Shown: positions 1-9,187 of the stretch, one piece after another
Numbering within the stretch: position 1 is the stretch's first letter
Layout of the letters: each line of letters begins with the position of its first letter
Source of the DNA: a virus
Taxonomy: Duplodnaviria; Caudoviricetes
IMG/VR virus record: IMGVR_UViG_3300017903_000887
Coordinates: 1-44,336 of that record
Reading direction: 5' to 3' (one strand)
DNA: 44,336 nucleotides
Program-made: the position numbers and the translations under genes
The notes under the pieces: generated by a model
Databases searched by the model: none
The model's input: only the letters and a program-made list of their open reading frames with translations
What the model was told of the DNA's origin: nothing

Positions 1-2157
1 TGCTGTTTCTGCATTTATGGCGGCTATTTTTTCTGCTGCTTTCTTAAGTTCATCCTCAGTCATTTTTCCAGAGGCGTCTCTGTTTCTTTCCTTAAGATCA
101 TATAGTATCTGTAAGCGATCTGCCTCTCTATCAGATAAACCTACTATTTGCCTTTGAAGGTTAGCTTCTCTTTCCATGCCTTTTATTATGGAAGCCATAG
201 ATTCAGCAGGGGTTTTAGTCTTCTTTGTGGGCTTGTAGCCCATAGCCTCTAGTTGCTCTGGAGGTATCCCCATTGCAAGAAGTTCTTCATACGTATATCT
301 TTTTTGTTTCGCAGCCCCATCAAAGAAGTCTTGCTGCATAAGATCTGTCTCTGATTGAAACCTTACATCAATTAGAACGGCGGTTCTTTCAAAATCATCT
401 ATAACTTTCTTAAGTGCTGCTGCGGCTTCATCTGCTCTTTGTTTTATAGCATCCCTTACATCTTTGTGTATTTGAACCTCTTGGTTCATTAGGTCAGCTT
501 CATCTTTAAATCTTTTTACTACGCCTTTATCGTACTCATCTTGAAGTCTTTTCTCTTCTTGCAAAGCTAGTTGATGAAATCTTGTTGAAAGGGCAGACTT
601 TATTTTCAGTCTATCTGACTCTAACTTTTTTTCAGCCTTTATTGCTGCAAACGTCTGAGCTGTAATCTTATCAAGTGCACTTGTTGCCCTATCCTCTGCT
701 TCAATCGCCTCAGTGTATTGTTGTCTCTTAAAATCCCTTATCCGTTTTCCTTGTTCAATCTGAGCTTGACTAGCAGCCATAGCCGCTTTGAATGACTCTA
801 GGGTCTCTTCTTGAGCCTTTTTCTCAGCTTCTTGAGCCTCCTCAGCTCTTTTATTTATCTCTTCTTGATAGTATGCAGCAAGACCTGCGTTCTCACTTAT
901 AAGATCTCTTAGAGCACCTGAGAGTAAAGGTAGATTTTGCTTTGCAGCTTTGTCAGACAGGGCAATAAGATTATTTACCATTGTCTCTAAGCTATAGAAT
1001 TGGCCTGGTGCAGGTCTTACAGCTCCTGCAATTTCTTCCATAGTGCTTGTTAGTTTATCGTACTGTCTTTGCTCTTCTTCATTATAAGTTGCTGGTACTC
1101 TAGGACCAACTATTTTACTCTTTGTTATCCCGCTCCTTGCAGCCTCTAGACCTCCTAGAAGACTGTTCTCGTCACCTACAGTCCCAAGTGAAGCTGCAAC
1201 AGCTTTTGCTATACTTGCTCTTGACTCATTTCTAAGATATGTAAAATAAGCTTTAGCCGCCTCTTGGCCTTTAAAAAAGGGAGAAGTTAAAATTTTATCA
1301 AGGGTGTCTTCGTAGCTTTGAAAAGTGTTAATAGTCTCCCCAAGTTTGTCCATCTCTCCCTTAAGGTCTTTGGCAGCTTTTCTAGCCTCAAGTAAGGGAG
1401 CAATAAAAGCTGTACCGATAGCTACAGCAGCACCTGCAAGAGCCCCCGTTGGGCCAAAGACGCCTAGCAACTGGGACATCTGTTGACCAAATGCGATAGC
1501 TACGTTAGTCCCACTTTGTACCTGAACAGCAAAGTCACCTACCTGATAACCAGCTTGCTGTAGACCTTGTGTTCTAAGGGTATTGAGTCTTTTGTTTGCT
1601 TTGTAGGTTTCTACATTAAACCTAGCAAACTGGTTCCCACCTGTAGCTACTCCGTTCTGGAAGTCTCGGAATTGCTTATCGACAGCCTCAAGAGCTTGAT
1701 CATATTCCTCTGCGCTAATTATACCTTGGTTAAATGCAGTTGCAATCTCTTGTTGTATCTGTTTAAGGCGTATTCCAGCAGCTCTAAGAGGGGCATAGGT
1801 TCTGGTCAACCTCTCGTTAGTCTTTTTTAACTTGTCGGCTTCCTGAGCACTTTTTTTCGCGGAAGCTATTAGTTTTTTATCCGTAAGGATCCTCTCTTTA
1901 GATACACGAACCTCTTCCGCGTAAGCTCTTATTAGTTCCTTATCGTCTATTAACTTAGATTCTTTAGCCTTCTGCAAACGCTTACTAACAGCCTCAAGTC
2001 TTCTTTGCTCTTGAACAAGCCTATTAGTCTGAGCACCTAAAGGTTTGTATTGAGCAGAAAGTTTGGCAGACACCTTACCAAGGCGATCAAAATTTGCAGC
2101 AGCCTCTTTGAGCTCCTTTATACCTGTAACTTCAATGTCAAACTTTACGTCACTCAT
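1..2157 (-). CDS. Tape measure protein, N-terminal part (runs off the window start and continues at the window end)
   Basis: Not in the ORF track because it is open at the edge. ATG at 2157 gives MSDVKFDIEVTGIKELKEAAANFDRL..., later QQAGYQVGDFAVQVQSGTNVAIAFGQQMSQLLGVFGPTGALAG, typical of lambda-like TMP N-termini. Ala/Glu/Lys-rich and helical, directly after the tail chaperones. Its frame at 1-197 matches ORF 43543-44316. Confidence 0.9.
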   Translation of the reverse strand, partial: MSDVKFDIEVTGIKELKEAAANFDRLGKVSAKLSAQYKPLGAQTNRLVQEQRRLEAVSKRLQKAKESKLIDDKELIRAYAEEVRVSKERILTDKKLIASAKKSAQEADKLKKTNERLTRTYAPLRAAGIRLKQIQQEIATAFNQGIISAEEYDQALEAVDKQFRDFQNGVATGGNQFARFNVETYKANKRLNTLRTQGLQQAGYQVGDFAVQVQSGTNVAIAFGQQMSQLLGVFGPTGALAGAAVAIGTAFIAPLLEARKAAKDLKGEMDKLGETINTFQSYEDTLDKILTSPFFKGQEAAKAYFTYLRNESRASIAKAVAASLGTVGDENSLLGGLEAARSGITKSKIVGPRVPATYNEEEQRQYDKLTSTMEEIAGAVRPAPGQFYSLETMVNNLIALSDKAAKQNLPLLSGALRDLISENAGLAAYYQEEINKRAEEAQEAEKKAQEETLESFKAAMAASQAQIEQGKRIRDFKRQQYTEAIEAEDRATSALDKITAQTFAAIKAEKKLESDRLKIKSALSTRFHQLALQEEKRLQDEYDKGVVKRFKDEADLMNQEVQIHKDVRDAIKQRADEAAAALKKVIDDFERTAVLIDVRFQSETDLMQQDFFDGAAKQKRYTYEELLAMGIPPEQLEAMGYKPTKKTKTPAESMASIIKGMEREANLQRQIVGLSDREADRLQILYDLKERNRDASGKMTEDELKKAAEKIAAINAETA

Positions 2158-2491
2158 TCTGTATTCCTAGGTAAACTATGTCTAGCCTTTTTATAGCTTC
2201 TACATCTCTAGCGGAAAGATGTTGATTAGTCAGATTTAACCAAGCTTGTATTTCTGTGTAGGTAAGAGGGTTGGGGCCACTGAACCCCGCAGTTCTAGCA
2301 GAGCTTAACGCAAGAAAGGCAGACCATATGTAAGATACCGTAGTGGGAAATTGAGGTCCAATTAACTCTTCTGGTGTCTTACCTGTCTGCCTTTCTACCT
2401 GTTCTAGATGCTCACGTTTTGATGTCCCGTTCTTATCGGGCTTACTGATTGAGAACTCATGTTCTGCGTAGTCGAGAAGCTCTTCGATCAA
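2150..2491 (-). CDS. Tail assembly chaperone, downstream (T-like) ORF
   Basis: Lies between the first chaperone and the TMP, in the -1 frame relative to the upstream ORF. Motif GFSGPNPLTYTEIQAW...DVEAIKRLD. Confidence 0.75.
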   Translation of the reverse strand: MIEELLDYAEHEFSISKPDKNGTSKREHLEQVERQTGKTPEELIGPQFPTTVSYIWSAFLALSSARTAGFSGPNPLTYTEIQAWLNLTNQHLSARDVEAIKRLDIVYLGIQNE

Positions 2492-2889
2492 GCCTTCGTA
2501 AAATCTGTGCTCTCTGTCAAAGCCTCCTCAACCTGAGCTCTAAGCCAGAATACTTCAGAGTAGACTTCCTTAGCTTTACCTACAGTAAGCTTTGGTTTAT
2601 CTCCGCCGTAGGTAATATCCCACTCTTTTGTTGCTTTAGCTAAGAGCTCAAGGGCATCTCTCTCTAAATCAGATGCTGAGTACGGAGCAGAGTTAGACTT
2701 CTTCTGAAGAACCTTGATCCTACGGTCTTGTTGATCGTGTACGATCTGCTTATACTCTTTAGAGTGCTGAGCATAAATAGAGATACTCATCTCAGAGCCA
2801 TCATCGTTAAGGATAGGTTCAAGGGTGTTAGGGTGAAGTAAGAGAACCTCAATTACTTCTGACTTAGGTTTTAGATCCATTAGATCCAT
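2488..2889 (-). CDS. Tail assembly chaperone (G-like)
   Basis: Immediately downstream of the major tail gene, 133 aa. SD AAAGGA upstream. Ends ...ESTDFTKA. Confidence 0.75.
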   Translation of the reverse strand: MDLMDLKPKSEVIEVLLLHPNTLEPILNDDGSEMSISIYAQHSKEYKQIVHDQQDRRIKVLQKKSNSAPYSASDLERDALELLAKATKEWDITYGGDKPKLTVGKAKEVYSEVFWLRAQVEEALTESTDFTKA

Positions 2890-2975
2890 GTCGAGTTCCT
2901 TTCGAGTTTTATCGGGTTATGAAAGTGAGGGGAGCAGCACCCGACAACCACCCCCCTCGCCCCAGCTAGGGATTC

Positions 2976-3974
2976 TTATACACCAGATTTCGTTACATAC
3001 AACATGGTGTTTGTGTCTGTTGCATCTGAAGAGTGATCTGTGTCATCACGAAGAGCTGTAAAGGACATATTCACGATACGTGAAGTTGGGCCATCTACAC
3101 CTACGTCAGCAGAGTTAATCTTAATCCGAGGCATACGGAATGTCAGTGTATTAGACCCATCTCCTACAGAAACCTCAAGTGCTGATTCAGTCTCATTGAT
3201 GAAGCGGTTGACCATTGTCTCATCCTCAAAGTAACAAGATACAGTACCCTCTAAAGATGCAGTTCCAAACTCCAGATCTTCTGCAGTATCTTCTCCAATA
3301 ACAAGGGTTGGAGCAAAATTGTTAGTCAGTGTGAAGTCAAGAGCAGTAATGATAGTCAAAGCATCACCAAGGCTACCTTTGTTGCCCAACTTAATGTCAC
3401 CAGAATAAGCATCAAAAGGCGCTGCACCTGCAGAGTCAGTCATGTTACCATCAGTAACCTGTGTTTGCGAGATAGTCATATTACGACCTACCATACCAAA
3501 GGTAGTTGTTACCATTTGGTTAGGGGCCATAGAGACTGCCATTGTATTTACTGTACAACCCGTAAAGAGCCTTGCTTGATCAATGTCAGCAGCGTAGTCT
3601 TCTATAGTAAGGAAGGTAGGCGTTGTACCTACGATTGCAGCGTTAGCTACTGTCGTACCATCTCCTGAGGTGTATCCTGTAGCAAAGTCATTATCTGACA
3701 TAAGGGCAGACTGAATTAGTTCATCAAACTCTGCGTGACGAAGGTCAGCTACAATATCCCCACCCACAACCTTGTTACCATGACGATCAACCGTAGGCAT
3801 ACGATGAGAGTTAATATCTGTACCAGCTACACGATCCTTAGTTAAGTTAAGGGAGTGTGTAGTGAATGGTAGCTTAGTGAATGATGTTGCAGGATTTTTG
3901 AATGCGGGGGTGCTGCCACTTGCTGATTGAACACCAAACGCCAACTGCGAACGAGAGCCTTGTGCTAAAGCCAT
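2976..3974 (-). CDS. Major tail tube protein
   Basis: 332 aa, Thr/Gly/Asp-rich beta protein (RMPTVDRHGNKVVGGDI, FTGCTVNTM) between the tail terminator and the chaperones. Confidence 0.85.
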   Translation of the reverse strand: MALAQGSRSQLAFGVQSASGSTPAFKNPATSFTKLPFTTHSLNLTKDRVAGTDINSHRMPTVDRHGNKVVGGDIVADLRHAEFDELIQSALMSDNDFATGYTSGDGTTVANAAIVGTTPTFLTIEDYAADIDQARLFTGCTVNTMAVSMAPNQMVTTTFGMVGRNMTISQTQVTDGNMTDSAGAAPFDAYSGDIKLGNKGSLGDALTIITALDFTLTNNFAPTLVIGEDTAEDLEFGTASLEGTVSCYFEDETMVNRFINETESALEVSVGDGSNTLTFRMPRIKINSADVGVDGPTSRIVNMSFTALRDDTDHSSDATDTNTMLYVTKSGV

Positions 3975-3984
3975 TTAGTTTCTC

Positions 3985-4401
3985 CTAATTATATATGTAC
4001 CAGCCTATGTTGACTGGGATGATGTACCAAGGAGTATCTAAAAGCCCCGCCGACCTCTCAGCATAGCTTATAGATACTTTGATTGTTTCTGAGCCAGTGT
4101 TGTAGCTAATGTCCGTGTGAGCTTCAAAAGCATTTATCACACTATTAGCTAATTCATCAGCCACACTGGGTCCAGCACCTTCTGGTGCATGACAAAGGAC
4201 TCTAAATATTCCTTGATACCTTTGTTGTGGACCTGTCCCCATTACTGCGGGTCTGCGAATAGTGGGGGTAAATACGGGTTGTAAAAAGCTAGTCCCTGTC
4301 GTAGGGTTAAAAGAGACATTCTCATAGGCTACAGTAGCTATAGACTGATTATCTAGTTCAACCTCTAGAGCACGCCTTATGTGTTGATAGATTGAACTCA
4401 T
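3985..4401 (-). CDS. Tail terminator-like protein
   Basis: VAYENVSFNP...QRYQGIFRVLCHAPEGAG...WYIIPVNIGW pattern and position just before the tube gene. Confidence 0.7.
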   Translation of the reverse strand: MSSIYQHIRRALEVELDNQSIATVAYENVSFNPTTGTSFLQPVFTPTIRRPAVMGTGPQQRYQGIFRVLCHAPEGAGPSVADELANSVINAFEAHTDISYNTGSETIKVSISYAERSAGLLDTPWYIIPVNIGWYIYN

Positions 4402-4778
4402 CTTAAGATGTCCCTAAGTTGATCAAAGATCCCAAACCTTACTTCTACATACTTTGCGTGAGGGGCTTTGTTTACTATGGTAGCCCCGTCTAAAAGATCT
4501 ATAGAGTTCAAGCTGGATCTGAGGCGGCTTTCCATATTATTTAGAACGGCATCCTGAGGCTGTTTTCTTTGCTTACGTCTTGAACTTTGACCTGCCCCAG
4601 AGTTATCTCCACGAGTATTTAGGTGCATGGAGTTAGCATAAGCACCTGTGTCAACTGGGACTTCATAGCTTAGGTATTCTACCGCTTCCTCTAAAGCTTC
4701 ATAGATCCTTTTGCGAGCTGTATTTTCTAGCTTCTTGGATTTTTCAGCTATGCGAGCTTTACTAACTGTTACCTGCAT
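4398..4778 (-). CDS. Neck/tail-completion protein (HK97 gp10-like)
   Basis: PVDTGAYANS and NKAPHAKYVE motifs, in the neck cluster. Confidence 0.65.
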   Translation of the reverse strand: MQVTVSKARIAEKSKKLENTARKRIYEALEEAVEYLSYEVPVDTGAYANSMHLNTRGDNSGAGQSSRRKQRKQPQDAVLNNMESRLRSSLNSIDLLDGATIVNKAPHAKYVEVRFGIFDQLRDILR

Positions 4779-5131
4779 TATTCTCTCACGTCACATATGT
4801 AGCAGATAGCTTGACCTGCAGAGTACATAGTTAGCACATTTGTAATGTGGACCCTATCTCCATTCCCTATGATCTCATCCTCTGTGTCAGGGACAACAGA
4901 AAGACCAAGGGCAGATATAGCACACTTACGCATACCTCTGTTAATATTACTTAAGTCAGATATACCTAACTCGTAGTTATAGAAGTAAGCAGTTACAGCA
5001 GTGTCAGAAGTGGAAGTGCTACTAACAGTACTGGTAGAAGGGTCATAGTCTCCATAAGTCTTCTTACGGAGTGTTAAACTCTCCCCATGCTCCTCTACGA
5101 GTTTTAAGAGATCGTATGCTCTGAAGCCCAT
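4778..5131 (-). CDS. Head closure protein
   Basis: 117 aa with G..YDPSTS motif, positioned after the adaptor. Confidence 0.6.
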   Translation of the reverse strand: MGFRAYDLLKLVEEHGESLTLRKKTYGDYDPSTSTVSSTSTSDTAVTAYFYNYELGISDLSNINRGMRKCAISALGLSVVPDTEDEIIGNGDRVHITNVLTMYSAGQAICYICDVRE

Positions 5132-5595
5132 TAGTCATAGTCCCTGATATACTGAGAGTCGTTAGGGGGGTTATCGAATTGACCCTTAGCAAAAGCAGGA
5201 TCAGGTCTGTCAGTAAGAGCTCTGTTGACATCAATAACAGCTTTAGAGATGCCACCAGCACGTACACTTGCGGATGTCATTGAGTATTTCTGACCTTGTT
5301 CACGAAGGTCTGCAGACAGGGCCTTGTACTGCTTAGCTAAGTCGCTATAGTTTGATGACAAGGCCCCGTCTAGTTTTGTAGTTACCCTACGAGCGAATTT
5401 AGCAGCGATTGTACTTGCTGCCCAAGACCCCGCAAAGTATACGTTATCGTTAGCTTGAGCTAATGCGAAAATGATCTCTTCGTTTTGCACTAACTGGTCG
5501 TTAGTATCTGTGTCGCCAATCAACAGGCGAACTACATTTACCCTACCAGAAGTACTCGTTGTTACGAGATCAGTTTCGTCATAAGTCCAAGCCAT
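5131..5595 (-). CDS. Head-tail adaptor protein
   Basis: Probable start MAWTY at 5595, overlapping the upstream stop. Motif VRLLIGDTD...NEEI. Confidence 0.7.
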   Translation of the reverse strand: MAWTYDETDLVTTSTSGRVNVVRLLIGDTDTNDQLVQNEEIIFALAQANDNVYFAGSWAASTIAAKFARRVTTKLDGALSSNYSDLAKQYKALSADLREQGQKYSMTSASVRAGGISKAVIDVNRALTDRPDPAFAKGQFDNPPNDSQYIRDYD

Positions 5596-5993
5596 TAGTC
5601 TGCCTCCAAGTCTCCGTAGTTTCTTCGCCAAGAACGAAGTAAGCCTACTTGCTTATCTTTAATCTTAGAGACCCTACACTTCTTCTTGTCGTATTCGGTC
5701 TCACTAGATGTCTTTTCTTTTACCTTACTGTTGATAGACTTAACCAAGATAGATAGCTGTTCAACTGTCATATCATCTAAGCCATCTCCAATAGAAGGTC
5801 TAGCAGACTCTTCCAGTTCCTCATTATGGTGAAGGTGTAGCTCATTGTACATACGTTCAATGTTAGCCTTCGGGAGACCCCGCTCCTTCCAAGGAACGAG
5901 ATCTCCTTTAGCATAACGCTTACCATTCATCAGCAATCCATTAGGATTACGCACGAAGACTGGTTTGTCATATTGAAAAGGCGGTCGGGTCAT
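5595..5993 (-). CDS. Hypothetical protein following the major capsid gene
   Basis: 132 aa ORF with SD AGGAG/AGGTG, tightly packed in the operon. Confidence 0.7.
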   Translation of the reverse strand: MTRPPFQYDKPVFVRNPNGLLMNGKRYAKGDLVPWKERGLPKANIERMYNELHLHHNEELEESARPSIGDGLDDMTVEQLSILVKSINSKVKEKTSSETEYDKKKCRVSKIKDKQVGLLRSWRRNYGDLEAD

Positions 5994-6005
5994 TCACCTA
6001 ACTCC

Positions 6006-7016
6006 TTATGACAAGATGGTGTTGAAGAACACACCAAGGTCTGCACCTACAACCTTTTGGTCGTAAGCCATGTTAGCTTCAAGAAGCTCTGCAACACCTT
6101 CAACACGCAGGAAGTCACCTGTGTAAGAACGAATGTCGATACCGTAACCAGATGCGTTATCCAGTTCGTTCCATGTGAAGTTGTACCCTGCTGATGGAAC
6201 CATCAAACCTGCTGATGGTGGGCAGTAGTACAATGCAGCTTTCTTGGTAGCTACAAATGCAAGAGACTCAGTGAGACCCTCTTTTGCAGTGTTCTCAATC
6301 GCGTCAACGATGTGATACTCAGCAATCTCAAAGATCTCAGCCAGTTTAGCCTGAGTGATGATTGCAGTGTTAGTCACAGTTGCACCACCGTTAAGACGTG
6401 CAAGGATGTCTGGGTGGTTGATCAGTGTGTCGTGAACATCACGAGTAACAACCATTTTGTTTGGCTTAAAGCCACCAGAAGCAACCTGCATCGCACGACG
6501 AGCATTCGTTACGTCAACGATTGGAGTTGAGTTTGTGTAGTCATCCCACTGTGTGACTTCTGCTGCAGTGTCGTTGTCAGCATTTGCAACACCAGTGTAC
6601 TCAGTCGTCCAGATACCCGCTCCAAAGAACGTAGACATGAAACGCTTCTCACGGTCAATCAAGAGATTGTGTGTAAGCATTTCTGATGCACCGCGACGAA
6701 TATCCAAAGCAGTGTCAGCATTCGCCAATGTCTCAAAGTCAAAGTCTGTAGACAAAGACCGCACGTCACAAGTGTACGTTGCGTTTGAGATTGACATACC
6801 AACGCGCTGTGAACGAGTGCGTGGAGCGCGAGGCTGGACTTCATTGCGGAAGAAGTTCTCGCGGTCATAGATGTAATACTTGTTGGTCTTTTTATCAACA
6901 GGTACGTTTGGGAAAACCTTATCAGCGATAAAGTTGTCTTGTGATTGTAGGTACGCTACTGTCAGGTTTGTCAACGGCTGATCAATATGTACCTGTGAGG
7001 CGGTTAGCATAGGCAT
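6006..7016 (-). CDS. Major capsid protein
   Basis: VHIDQPLTNLTVAY...FIADKVFPNVPV N-terminus, W.DY.NSTPI.D and HPDIL motifs. 336 aa, strong SD, after the scaffold and cement genes. Confidence 0.9.
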   Translation of the reverse strand: MPMLTASQVHIDQPLTNLTVAYLQSQDNFIADKVFPNVPVDKKTNKYYIYDRENFFRNEVQPRAPRTRSQRVGMSISNATYTCDVRSLSTDFDFETLANADTALDIRRGASEMLTHNLLIDREKRFMSTFFGAGIWTTEYTGVANADNDTAAEVTQWDDYTNSTPIVDVTNARRAMQVASGGFKPNKMVVTRDVHDTLINHPDILARLNGGATVTNTAIITQAKLAEIFEIAEYHIVDAIENTAKEGLTESLAFVATKKAALYYCPPSAGLMVPSAGYNFTWNELDNASGYGIDIRSYTGDFLRVEGVAELLEANMAYDQKVVGADLGVFFNTILS

Positions 7017-7042
7017 TGTTGTTATTCCTTCCTATTTACAGG

Positions 7043-7414
7043 TTACGCTAGGATGTTGCCGCCTTGGATAAGCTCCATAGCGATGACTTGACCGTCAACA
7101 CCAGCTTCCATTGCGTATCCCATAGAGACATCTCCTGATGCTGCTGTAATAGCGTCACCAGATGCGTCCGTTTGAAGTTGGGCACCAGCAGCAACAGTAC
7201 CGCCGCATGTGATGCGAGTTTGACCAGAAACAACAACAGTTGCCTCTCCACCTGATGCTGGGTCATTTTCTAAAACGCCAAAGCAACGCTCTCCTGCAGA
7301 GTCAGCAAGATCTACTTGACCATCAGATTCTAGTGTTACGAATTTAAACTGAGAAGATGATAGATCTTCGCCAGCAATTAGTGAGCGTGTTTCACGTGAT
7401 TGTGTTACAGCCAT
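7043..7414 (-). CDS. Capsid cement/decoration protein (DUF2190-like)
   Basis: 123 aa, Ala/Gly-rich (AGEDL...GG.V.AG..L.TDASG.A), immediately before the MCP. Confidence 0.75.
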   Translation of the reverse strand: MAVTQSRETRSLIAGEDLSSSQFKFVTLESDGQVDLADSAGERCFGVLENDPASGGEATVVVSGQTRITCGGTVAAGAQLQTDASGDAITAASGDVSMGYAMEAGVDGQVIAMELIQGGNILA

Positions 7415-7416
7415 GA

Positions 7417-8196
7417 TTACTCATCCTTTTCATAAGTTTTAGCGATGAGGGCTTTACCCTCTGCTGTTTTAGAGATGGCATCAAAAGCAGCGTATTTGTT
7501 GACCTTATGCTCTTCAGCATAGGTATCTACCATCTTATCTAGTTTAGATTGTGGGTCAGTCATATCTGCATCTACAGACTTCTCACCAACCTCATCCATA
7601 GCAGCAGCAAAAGCAGCATCTGCGCCTTTGAGTGCTTCGAGGACTTTTGCATCACCCTTGACGACATCAAGAAGGGACATAGCTACTTCAACGTCAAAGT
7701 GTGGCAATTCTGCTTCGGCTTTTTTACGCAGTTCGGTCATGCGCTTTTCAACCTTAGCTTCCTCAAGAGCTTTCAAGACAGGCTCTGGAATGTCAGCCTT
7801 TACGACCATCTCTCCATTAACCTCAATCGTCTCTACGACCTCTTCTTTTTTCTCAACGACTTCACCTAGCTGTTTGCGTAGGTTCTCGTTTTCCTCTTTG
7901 AGTTCCATGAGTTCTGCTTCCAAGGATACTTCCTCGTCTGCTTTCTTCATGTCCTCATCCATCATTTTCTTGGCCTCTGGGAAGGTATAACCTTTGTCCA
8001 TGTAGCCACGAAGTTTAGCCTTGAGGTCATCGGACATTTTGTCCATTTCCTTCATTTCGGCATCATTCATTTTATATGCTTTTTCCATATTTTCCTCTTC
8101 GGAATCACGCTTGAAAAGTGCAACTTTGGCAGACGCATTTGCAGGGCGGTCAACCAAAGATAGTTCGTCAAGCTCAAGTTGCTTAAGAAGATTCAT
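7417..8196 (-). CDS. Scaffold protein carrying an N-terminal protease-like strand (ELSLVDRPAN)
   Basis: Probable start ATG 8196 with SD AAGGAG upstream. Glu/Lys-rich coiled coil. Located between the protease and the capsid genes. Confidence 0.75.
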   Translation of the reverse strand: MNLLKQLELDELSLVDRPANASAKVALFKRDSEEENMEKAYKMNDAEMKEMDKMSDDLKAKLRGYMDKGYTFPEAKKMMDEDMKKADEEVSLEAELMELKEENENLRKQLGEVVEKKEEVVETIEVNGEMVVKADIPEPVLKALEEAKVEKRMTELRKKAEAELPHFDVEVAMSLLDVVKGDAKVLEALKGADAAFAAAMDEVGEKSVDADMTDPQSKLDKMVDTYAEEHKVNKYAAFDAISKTAEGKALIAKTYEKDE

Positions 8197-9187
8197 CTTC
8201 AAGTTTCTCCTTGATTGCACGACCACCGATACTGAAGGCCGCAAGTTCACCAGATTTGACCTTGTTCCAGACATCATCGTCATAGACTTTGTAAGCTACA
8301 ACCCATCCTTCACGGTCACTCTGTATGCCAAGGCTTTCACCAATTTCCTTAGTGATAGGCAGAGAGTGAATTACACGCCCTGTCATTTTACCTGTGTGCA
8401 TTGTTTTACCGACACGGATATGTTCCATGAAATCATTCACGGCTTTAACAAGTGTGTCGGCTTCGATTACATCACCCTGACGGTCAACTACTCGTTCACC
8501 CTTCTCAGTGATGACGGAAGCCCATCCGTAGACAACACGCTGTTCTTCGTCTGCCTTGAGGATCTTCCCTTCGATCTCTGTTTGATGAGGCAGAGCCTCT
8601 TTAGTTAAGTCACTCACTGTGGCTCCTTTCTCCCACATACGGCAAGACCAGTATCTCGCAGATGTCTTATCAGTTGCAGTATCGCACGAATGACGACTAC
8701 GAAAGTTGGCTCTGGCTTTGGGATCATCACGACGGATCTCCATGTTAGGATCACCAAAAGTTACTTTCTTGGTTTTGTCACCATCTTTAACGTAAACCCC
8801 AAACTTCTTACTTGAACCAGAAGGAAGTCTGAAGGGTTTGTTTAAAGGTCTGTCTGCTTTATCAATGGCTGCTTCGGTAGGCAAAACACTTGAATCCCAC
8901 ACGTCGTTCTTTCTTGTTGAGAGGGGGTGTTTAGCAGGGAGTAAATCAGTATCATGTTTACCGCTACGGAAACGACCAGTGCGGATAGTACGTAAGAAGT
9001 TGTTGACACGTGCCATAGCCCATTGTTCTGGTGATTTTACATTTGGTCTAACAGAACCGGGGTTTGTTCTGTATGCACCTACACCCCTGTTGTAGACCTG
9101 TTCGAGCATAGCCATAGTGACTTTACCTTTGTCACCATGCTTCTCGTTATGTTCTCGCATTTTGTTCTGTAAACCTGCTTTTGGCAT
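8183..9187 (-). CDS. XkdF-like prohead serine protease fused to two N-terminal basic domains
   Basis: C-terminal part EQRVVYGWASV...DRQGD...KTMH...VWNKVKSGELAAFSIGG. N-terminal modules VYNRGVGAY...QWAMARV and KKFGVYV...FGDP...FRSRHSC...RYWSC. Confidence 0.75.
   Translation of the reverse strand: MPKAGLQNKMREHNEKHGDKGKVTMAMLEQVYNRGVGAYRTNPGSVRPNVKSPEQWAMARVNNFLRTIRTGRFRSGKHDTDLLPAKHPLSTRKNDVWDSSVLPTEAAIDKADRPLNKPFRLPSGSSKKFGVYVKDGDKTKKVTFGDPNMEIRRDDPKARANFRSRHSCDTATDKTSARYWSCRMWEKGATVSDLTKEALPHQTEIEGKILKADEEQRVVYGWASVITEKGERVVDRQGDVIEADTLVKAVNDFMEHIRVGKTMHTGKMTGRVIHSLPITKEIGESLGIQSDREGWVVAYKVYDDDVWNKVKSGELAAFSIGGRAIKEKLEDESS

Noticed and set aside
1-197. Diversity-generating retroelement TR/VR pair (with 44119-44336)
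   Set aside because: Differences include C/T changes and an indel, so they are not adenine-specific. No reverse transcriptase is encoded.
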